Positions 57,415 to 64,000 of a stretch of DNA of 64,000 nucleotides are shown here, piece by piece; positions within the stretch are counted from its first letter, which is position 1, and the number at the start of each line of letters is the position of its first letter. Source of the DNA: Candidatus Delongbacteria bacterium (lineage in GTDB: Bacteria > CAIWAD01); the NCBI GenBank assembly GCA_963663545.1, contig OY760505.1, positions 1,824,001 to 1,888,000 of the forward strand. The letters are read 5' to 3'. The notes under the pieces are model-generated. The model did not search any database. It worked only from the letters and a program-made list of their open reading frames with translations, and had not been told where the DNA came from. The translations under genes were made by a program, and so were the position numbers.

Positions 57415-58083
57415 CTACTCCTGGCAGTCGCGATCGCGCTCATTGGCGTCCGGATCGACCAGAGGCAAAATGGCCTCCAGCGCCGCCCTGTAGTGCTCCA
57501 GGCCGTCCAGCGCCTTGCGATGCTGGTCGGCAGGAATTCGTGAAAGAAGAAGGGTGGTGAACTCGCGGCTGCGCGCTTCCTGCTCACGCACCTTTTCGCT
57601 TCCCTTTTCGGTGATACGAATCAGGATCACACGCCGGTCATCGGGCGAGGGCGCACGATGAATCATGCCCTTGCCACGGCCACCACGGGCGCTGCGCTCG
57701 TCGGCCAATGTATCACCGATGCGCGTCATGCGACTGCAGGCCACACCGATCATGCCCGCCAGCGCCTTCATGGAAAGGTCACGCGGCAGTTCTTCTAATT
57801 GCGCCTCCGTCAGCTCGCCATGCTCATATTCAGAGCGCAGTGTGCGCGGAACGTAGAGCTCCACTTCGTGCTCCGTCAGCTCCTGACGCCGGATTCGCTC
57901 GCGCAACTCGGGCTTGCTGCAGCGAAAATCCTCCAGCAGGCGCAGTGTCTGGCACTCCATGCGACCCAGGCCGCTGCAGCGCTGGCGCAGAAAATTGGAG
58001 CGATCCGTCAGCAGGCTGAGCTGCTCCACCAAAGACATGAACTGGGTGAGCAGTTCGGGATGAATGTTGGTGTTGGTAGTCAT
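57415..58083 (-). CDS. MarR-family regulator with internal insertion
   Basis: LSMKALAGMIGVACSRMTRIGDTL...GMIHRAPSPDDRRVILIRITEKG winged helix. Confidence 0.78.
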   Translation of the reverse strand: MTTNTNIHPELLTQFMSLVEQLSLLTDRSNFLRQRCSGLGRMECQTLRLLEDFRCSKPELRERIRRQELTEHEVELYVPRTLRSEYEHGELTEAQLEELPRDLSMKALAGMIGVACSRMTRIGDTLADERSARGGRGKGMIHRAPSPDDRRVILIRITEKGSEKVREQEARSREFTTLLLSRIPADQHRKALDGLEHYRAALEAILPLVDPDANERDRDCQE

Positions 58084-58129
58084 GGCGCTCAATTTATTTC
58101 ATGCTCCAAATAATCGCAACCTTGAAATA

Positions 58130-58486
58130 CTAAGCCTTATCAAATGTTCCCTGCTCGGGCACCTGGTCTTCCACCCAGTCCAGGTACTCGTCGCTGCAGT
58201 GCGGATCAAGCACAATGAACTCGGGCAACTCGTAGGGATGCAGCTCCTCCAGCCGCTGGCGCAGGTCTAACACGGCTGCACTTCGCGTCTTGATCAACAA
58301 CTGCAGCTCCCGCTCTTCTTCCATTTTGCCGCGCCATGCATAAACAGAGAGCAATCCAGGTATCACACTCACACACGCGGCGAAGCCCTCGTCCACCAGT
58401 GAGCGCGCTAGCGCGAGCGCGTCCGCCTCTTTCTGCACCGTTGTGAGCACCAGGCTCATGCCTTTCGATAAAGCTGGTCTTTTCAT
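58130..58486 (-). CDS. cutA: Divalent-cation tolerance protein CutA
   Basis: LVLTT, LVDEGFAACV, SVYAWRGK, LLIKT, LHPYELPE. Confidence 0.93.
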   Translation of the reverse strand: MKRPALSKGMSLVLTTVQKEADALALARSLVDEGFAACVSVIPGLLSVYAWRGKMEEERELQLLIKTRSAAVLDLRQRLEELHPYELPEFIVLDPHCSDEYLDWVEDQVPEQGTFDKA

Positions 58487-58594
58487 GACCTCCCCTTTGA
58501 ATTGAATGCTGAGAAGCCCTTTCCTACTTTCACCATGTCGTCTCGGGATGCGGCATCCGGGCGACGACCAAGGGAAGACAATTCCGGAGTCCCC

Positions 58595-59059
58595 ATGAAG
58601 CTATCCGACATGCTTGACCCGCAGCACGTCATTGCACACGGCCAGGCGGAAAACCGCGAAGCGGCCATTAAGCAACTGCTGGAGCGCCTGATTGCTTCAG
58701 GCAGCCTGCCCAACGACAACCAGGCGCTGAAGCTGATACTGGAGCGCGAACGGGACTACCCAACCGGAATTGGCGGCGGCGTTGCCATTCCCCACACCAA
58801 TTGCGTCAACATCGACGAGCCACTGGTGGCGATGGGCACCTTTGATCCGCCGGTGGATTTCGGCGCCGAAGACGGTCCCGCCTGGCTGGTCTTTCTGCTG
58901 CTGGGCAGCCTTTCCATTTCCAGCTCGCACCTCAAGCTGCTGGCACGCATTTCGCGCCTGAGCCGTCACGGTCTGGCGGGTCGCATGCAGCGCCTCGATC
59001 AGGTGGACGCTCTACTGGCTGCGGTTCGCGCCGAGGAAGAGGACTTCCTGGATCTCTAG
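58595..59059 (+). CDS. PTS IIA (Fru/Ntr-type) domain protein
   Basis: ERERDYPTGIGGGVAIPH (phospho-His), PVDFGAEDG, HLKLLARISR. Confidence 0.88.
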   Translation: MKLSDMLDPQHVIAHGQAENREAAIKQLLERLIASGSLPNDNQALKLILERERDYPTGIGGGVAIPHTNCVNIDEPLVAMGTFDPPVDFGAEDGPAWLVFLLLGSLSISSSHLKLLARISRLSRHGLAGRMQRLDQVDALLAAVRAEEEDFLDL

Positions 59060-59071
59060 GCAGCAGACAAC

Positions 59072-59404
59072 ATGAAATTGCTGATCATCATCCTCAACAA
59101 GGAAGAGTGTCTGGACGACCTGGTGCAGGCTATGGTCGAAGTGGACATTCGCGGCGCCACCATTTTGGATTCGGTGGGCATGGGCCGCGTCCTGTCGCAG
59201 GACATTCCCATTTTCGCTGGCTTGAAAGGCCTGCTCACCGGCAACCGCCCGCACAACAAAACGCTGATCACCGCTGTGGAAGACGAGATCGAAGAGAAAA
59301 TGGTCACCATTTTCGAGCAGGTTGTCGGCCCCTTCAGCGAACCCGGCAACGGCCTGATTCTGGCTCTGCCCATCAGTGGCGTACACGGCATGGGGCACCG
59401 CTGA
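59072..59404 (+). CDS. PII/GlnB-like small regulatory protein
   Basis: 110 aa; MKLLIIILNK, GATILDSVGMG, PGNGLILALPI..VHG. Confidence 0.7.
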   Translation: MKLLIIILNKEECLDDLVQAMVEVDIRGATILDSVGMGRVLSQDIPIFAGLKGLLTGNRPHNKTLITAVEDEIEEKMVTIFEQVVGPFSEPGNGLILALPISGVHGMGHR

Positions 59405-60171
59405 TGCGTCGCCTTTCGCGCGGGGAATTCGCAGAACTCAACCAGCTACGGCGTTCAGCGGCTCGTCAGGAACAGGGACGCGTTGTCGTACCCGGCTACA
59501 AGTGTATCACGGAACTAGTGCGCGGCGGACATCGCATTGAGCAATTGCTGATTTGCGGTGACACAACGGCTGCAGCAGAGCAGACGCTTGGACCGGTACT
59601 CTGGCAACAACTTCAGCGCGAGGACCGCGTGTGCCAATTGCGCGATCACGAAGCCGCGCGTCTGGCGGACCAGGCCTCACCTGAGGGTTTGCTAGCCGTG
59701 ACACAACTTCCGCAAATTGACACCTCCCTGCGGCCGCGCGTGATTCTGGACGGCGTCGCCGATCCCGGCAATCTGGGTTCCATTCTGCGCACGGCACTGT
59801 GGTTCGGCCTGGAACCCGTCGGTCTTCTGGGGGGTGCAGATCCCTGGAGTCCGCGCGTGATACGCAGCGCCATGGGCTCGCAGTTTCACCTGCGTTTGCG
59901 TGTGATGCAGACAGACGACGTTGCCGCATTGCGCGATGGCAGACGCCTGTTGGGTCTGGACAGCAACGGCGGCTCACCGCTGAACGTGATACAGCCACAG
60001 GCCGGTGACACACTTGTGCTTGGCAGCGAAAGTCACGGTCTGCTGCAAACGGAAAGCGTCCTCAGCGAGCGTGTCTGGATACCCGGCACCGATCGCGCCG
60101 AAAGTCTGAACGTGGGTCACGCCTTCGCCATTTGCGCCTGGCACTTCTATCGCGATCACCACAATGGCTGA
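59404..60171 (+). CDS. TrmH/SpoU-family RNA methyltransferase
   Basis: LDGVADPGNLGSILRTA, LGSESHG, ESLNVG. Confidence 0.9.
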   Translation: MRRLSRGEFAELNQLRRSAARQEQGRVVVPGYKCITELVRGGHRIEQLLICGDTTAAAEQTLGPVLWQQLQREDRVCQLRDHEAARLADQASPEGLLAVTQLPQIDTSLRPRVILDGVADPGNLGSILRTALWFGLEPVGLLGGADPWSPRVIRSAMGSQFHLRLRVMQTDDVAALRDGRRLLGLDSNGGSPLNVIQPQAGDTLVLGSESHGLLQTESVLSERVWIPGTDRAESLNVGHAFAICAWHFYRDHHNG

Positions 60172-60808
60172 CAATCAGGCCGCGCGCATCTCTCCTCTAA
60201 TCGTCATCGTTCCGGCCATGGCCATTATACTGCTGCCCGGTGCCGCCAAGGGGGGTCTGGGCGCACAGCTGGCCATGCTCTTCACCGAGCTGATGCTGGG
60301 CCTGCCTGCGCTGGTGCTGCTGCCCAAGCTGCTACGCGGTGAAATCATTCCCTTGCGCTGGCCGAAGCGCATCAGTCAACTCACGCTGGCGCTGTTGATC
60401 GTGGTGGGCGCGCCGCTCTTCCAACTCATCAGTTACGCCAACGACATGCTGCTGCCCGTTCCCGAAGAAGTGAAACAGCAGATGGCGGAGCATTTGAGCA
60501 CGACGACCATCGCGTCCATGCTGATCACCTGGATTTCTGTGGTCCTCGTCAGCCCCGTCATGGAAGAGATTTTCTTTCGCGGCTTCATTCAGTGGCTCTG
60601 GTCGCTGCGTTTCAGCCGAGCGCGCAGCCTGCCAGCGTTGGTGGTGCCGGCAGCGGTGTTCGCGCTGTTTCACATGAATCCCTGGCAGTTCCCCAGCCTG
60701 CTATTGCTGGGACTGTGGCTCGCCTGGCTGCGAGTCTGGTCGGGCAGCCTGTTGCCGGGAATTGTGTTTCACATGGCCATCAACTTGCTGGCAATGCTCC
60801 TGCTCTGA
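60164..60808 (+). CDS. CPBP (Abi/CAAX) intramembrane metalloprotease
   Basis: PVMEEIFFRG, FALFH, FHMAIN motifs; multiple TM. Confidence 0.88.
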   Translation: MADNQAARISPLIVIVPAMAIILLPGAAKGGLGAQLAMLFTELMLGLPALVLLPKLLRGEIIPLRWPKRISQLTLALLIVVGAPLFQLISYANDMLLPVPEEVKQQMAEHLSTTTIASMLITWISVVLVSPVMEEIFFRGFIQWLWSLRFSRARSLPALVVPAAVFALFHMNPWQFPSLLLLGLWLAWLRVWSGSLLPGIVFHMAINLLAMLLL

Positions 60809-60875
60809 GCAGGATGCATCCCGTTGTAGAGAGGCAACCGGCATCACGCTCCATCAAGATTGGTACCTTTGAGGC

Positions 60876-62540
60876 ATGCGGACTGTACGAATCGGCATCA
60901 TTCACCGGCGCACGCGCCTGAGCTTTCAGCTCCCTGCGGAGACTCGTCTCTTCAGCGCGCTGGGAGAGTGGCGTGGTCGCGGTGAATTGCAGATTACCGT
61001 GGCGACACCGCGCCCCGGTGCTTTTCGCTACGGACTGCGTGTACTGGAGAGCGACGATCGCGAGTTGCTCGCCGCTACCGCCGACCTGCTGGCCACCAAG
61101 GGTATCACACCGCACATCGTGGATTTTGCTCCCGGCGCCGAGTACGGCGATTGTCGCGTACCCGCGACCGGTCTGCTCTACGCGGAGTTGGAAGCCTGTG
61201 TGCCCGGTGATCGCCTGCTGACGAGTCACACCGACAACATGGATCCCGCAGAGCGCGAAGTGCTGCAAACGGGCGGTCCGGCCGGACTGGAGCTGCTGAG
61301 GCGGCTGCGCGACATTCTGGTGGAAACACCCGCCAGGCAGGGCATTGCGCTCTGGCACACGGGCGCGCCCTCTGTTTTTCGTGAGACAGTGATACATGGC
61401 GAGAGTCTGGTCAATGTGCGCCTGGATGGTCGTGTTCTGCTGGAAGAAGGCGAGCTGCCCCTGCGCATCGAGCTGCCGCCCGGCGCCCGGGCGATGGCGC
61501 GCGAAGTCGAGGTAGGTCTGGGCTTTCACTGGCAGCACCAGCGCGATCTTGAGTACAGCGGTGGACTGCTGATCTGGTGCGACCCCGCGGGACTGCTGGG
61601 CGTGGCCAACGACATGGATATCGACCTCTATCTGGCCAGCGTCAACAGTTCGGAGATGACCGCCGATTGTCCGCCCGCGCTCCTGCGTGCGCAGACCATC
61701 GCGGCGCGCTCCACCATTCTGGCAACGCGGGGCAGGCACCACGCGGGTGAGCCCTTCGATATCTGCGCCGACGACCACTGTCAGTGTTTTCGCGGCGTGG
61801 GCACCATCATGAAGGACAGCCTGCAGGCTGCGCGTGATACAAGCGGTGTAGTGTTAGCCTGGAACGGGCTGGTCTGTGACGCGCGCTACAGCAAGAGCTG
61901 CGGCGGTATCGTGGAGGCCTACGAGAACGTCTGGGAGAACCAGCCGATTCCCTACATGAGCGCGCTGTGTGACACGCGCGACGAGCGCGAGGGGCGCCAA
62001 CCCCAGCCACGCAGCGAGCAGGAGTGGATCGCCTGGATCGATCAGGACGAAGACGCCTGGTGTAACACGGACCGCTGGGAGCTTCCGCCAGGACTGAGTT
62101 ACAGCGACGGCTACTACCGCTGGCAGGTACGGCATTCGCGCACGGAGTTGGCGGCGATCATCCGCCGAAAAACCGGCCACAGCTTCCACGTTCTCGAGGA
62201 TCTGGTGCCCGTATCACGCGGCGCGTCCGGTCGTCTGATCGAGCTGGAACTGGTGACCGACAAGGGCTGCTTCCGCTTGGGAAAAGAGCTGGCGATCAGG
62301 CTCGCTCTCTCAGAGAGTTGCCTCTTCAGTGCTGCGATCTATTTTGAGTGGGTGGAGGAAGATGTTGTGATCCACGGCAAGGGCTGGGGTCACGGCGTCG
62401 GCATGTGTCAACTGGGAGCCGCACGCATGGCCACGGAGGGGCGCGACCACGATGCGATTCTGCAGCATTATTACCCCGGAACCCGGCTGATCAAACTATC
62501 GCTGGGTGCAAGTGAAGGACTGAATCATGATCTACAATAA
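60876..62540 (+). CDS. SpoIID/LytB-domain protein
   Basis: YLASVNSSEM, LRAQTIAARS, DICADDHCQ, YSKSCGG, GWGHGVGMCQLGA, ILQHYYPG. Confidence 0.9.
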   Translation: MRTVRIGIIHRRTRLSFQLPAETRLFSALGEWRGRGELQITVATPRPGAFRYGLRVLESDDRELLAATADLLATKGITPHIVDFAPGAEYGDCRVPATGLLYAELEACVPGDRLLTSHTDNMDPAEREVLQTGGPAGLELLRRLRDILVETPARQGIALWHTGAPSVFRETVIHGESLVNVRLDGRVLLEEGELPLRIELPPGARAMAREVEVGLGFHWQHQRDLEYSGGLLIWCDPAGLLGVANDMDIDLYLASVNSSEMTADCPPALLRAQTIAARSTILATRGRHHAGEPFDICADDHCQCFRGVGTIMKDSLQAARDTSGVVLAWNGLVCDARYSKSCGGIVEAYENVWENQPIPYMSALCDTRDEREGRQPQPRSEQEWIAWIDQDEDAWCNTDRWELPPGLSYSDGYYRWQVRHSRTELAAIIRRKTGHSFHVLEDLVPVSRGASGRLIELELVTDKGCFRLGKELAIRLALSESCLFSAAIYFEWVEEDVVIHGKGWGHGVGMCQLGAARMATEGRDHDAILQHYYPGTRLIKLSLGASEGLNHDLQ

Positions 62541-63501
62541 CATCCTTGAGACCATTGGTAACACGCCCATGGTGCGTCTTGGTCGTATCGCACAGGACGT
62601 TCCCCCCACCCTGCTGGCCAAGATCGAGCGCATGAACCCCGGCGCCAGCATCAAGGACCGTGTAGCACGCGCGCTCATCGAGAACATGGAAGCCGAAGGC
62701 AAGCTCAAGCCGGGCAGCACGGTGGTGGAAGCCAGCAGCGGCAACATGGGCTTCGGCTTGGCGATGGCCTGCGCCCAGCGCGGCTACCGCTGCATCATTG
62801 TGATACCGGACAAGATGTCGCGCGAGCGCACGCAGATGATTCAGGCGATGGGTGGCGAGGTAGTCATCGTCAAGACCGACCTGCCACCCGAGCACCCGGA
62901 AGCCTTCATGAACAAGGCGCGCGCTATTGTAGCACAGACGCCGGGCGCGGTCTTCATGGGCCAGTTCGAGAGCCAGGCCAACCCCGAGGTGCACTACAAG
63001 ACGACGGCGGCGGAAATCTGGGAACAGTGCGAGGGCAAAGTGGACGCTTTCGTGATGGGCATGGGCACCGGCGGTACCATCTCCGGCGTCGGCCGCTTCC
63101 TAAAAGAGAAAAATCCCGACATCCGCATCATTGGCGCGGAGCCGGTGGGCAGCGTGATCAAGCCTTTCTTCGACAACGGCGAGGAGATCGAGGGCAAGGT
63201 CTACCAGGTCGAGGGCATCGGCGAGGATTTCATTCCCGACACCTTGCACCTGCAGTACGTGGACGAGATGCACTGGGTTACCGATCCGCAGAGTTTCGCG
63301 ATGGCGCGTCGCATCTGCCGCGAAGAGGGCATCTTCGTGGGCGGCAGTTCGGGCTCGATCCTGCACGTGGGTCTGAAGGTGGCCAAAACCATGCGCGCCG
63401 ATCAACGCATGGTGGTGATGTTCTGCGATGGCGGCGAGCGCTACCTGAGCAAGTTCCACGACGAGAACTGGCTGCGCGAGCGCGGATGGCTGGAAGAGTA
63501 G
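62527..63501 (+). CDS. PLP-dependent cysteine synthase / cystathionine beta-synthase family enzyme
   Basis: IGNTPMVRL, NPGASIKDR (PLP Lys), SSGNMG, GMGTGGT, VEGIGEDF, GGSSG. Confidence 0.92.
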   Translation: MIYNNILETIGNTPMVRLGRIAQDVPPTLLAKIERMNPGASIKDRVARALIENMEAEGKLKPGSTVVEASSGNMGFGLAMACAQRGYRCIIVIPDKMSRERTQMIQAMGGEVVIVKTDLPPEHPEAFMNKARAIVAQTPGAVFMGQFESQANPEVHYKTTAAEIWEQCEGKVDAFVMGMGTGGTISGVGRFLKEKNPDIRIIGAEPVGSVIKPFFDNGEEIEGKVYQVEGIGEDFIPDTLHLQYVDEMHWVTDPQSFAMARRICREEGIFVGGSSGSILHVGLKVAKTMRADQRMVVMFCDGGERYLSKFHDENWLRERGWLEE

Positions 63502-63614
63502 TCCGCAAGTAAGAAGCGAGAAGAGAACACGCGCCAAGGCCGACTTGACTCGCTGCAGCGCACCGCGGCAAGTCGGTCGCCAGAGAAGACGCGGATACTG
63601 TTGAAGAATGTGAT

Positions 63615-63647
63615 ACGCCCCGGGCTGATGTACGGGGCGTTTCATTT
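63615..63647 (+). terminator. Terminator hairpin
   Basis: ACGCCCCG ... CGGGGCGT then TTCATTT. Confidence 0.55.
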
Positions 63648-63761
63648 GTGAGTAGCCCCCACCGCAGAGAGCCGAGTACCTTGTTTCGACGAAGGCATTT
63701 TGCCCTCCGCTTCTGCCGAACAACTTTCTATCTTCCTGTATCACAGCAAGAGCGAGGGATC

Positions 63762-64000
63762 ATGGCACGCAAAGCGATTCGAATTTATCCAGGAACACCA
63801 GGCAAGGTACGCATCACGCTAGCATTGTCGTTGTTGATGGCGGTGGCGGTAGTGGCGAATGTGCTGCGGGTGCCCGAGGATTTCGCAGAAGTTCAACAGG
63901 CAATGGATGCTAGTGCAGCCGGAGATACGGTTGTGGTGGCTAGAGGCACGTGGGTGGGGCTCTTACAGAGCCCTACCCATAGTCTTGTTCTGTGTTCGCA
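63762..64000 (+). CDS. 5' part of a secreted beta-helix-type protein, truncated
   Basis: Hydrophobic signal then VLRVPEDFAEVQQAMDASAAGDTVVVARGTW; frame open to the window end. Confidence 0.7.
   Translation, partial: MARKAIRIYPGTPGKVRITLALSLLMAVAVVANVLRVPEDFAEVQQAMDASAAGDTVVVARGTWVGLLQSPTHSLVLCS

Noticed and set aside
41..63744. GTATCAC as a CRP/NtcA-type operator, Chi/KOPS site or CRISPR repeat
   Set aside because: Mostly intragenic, no fixed-spacing dyad partner, no strand polarity and no regular spacing.

Overview
Chromosomal, ~58% GC bacterial DNA with about 45 protein genes. I saw no rRNA, tRNA, CRISPR array or transposase/integrase. Many secreted proteins end in the PNPFNPxTTI-type (T9SS/Por-like) C-terminal domain, which suggests an FCB-superphylum organism, possibly a candidate phylum (inference). 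Housekeeping and stress genes include recG, priA, a CCA-adding enzyme, dsbD, trxA, cutA, a TrmH methylase, a cysteine synthase/CBS-family enzyme and a PafB/PafC-like WYL pair. They are interleaved with large modular exoproteins: an M1 aminopeptidase, an S8 protease with 264-aa repeats, a 1600-aa protein with a GH18-like domain, and a prenyltransferase-fold/PKD protein. The most unusual signals are: (1) the heptamer GTATCAC/GTGATAC, part of the palindromic family GTRWYAC, occurs about 100 times by hand count against about 6 expected, on both strands, inside genes and beside terminators; (2) a selenocysteine peroxiredoxin split by an in-frame TGA with a SECIS-like hairpin; (3) two tandem secreted paralogs sharing a promoter layout, a structured 5' leader and a 3' UTR motif; (4) a second, non-T9SS C-terminal domain shared by three unrelated exoproteins; (5) two probable ~50-aa genes. 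All counts and domain calls are by eye; no database searches were run.
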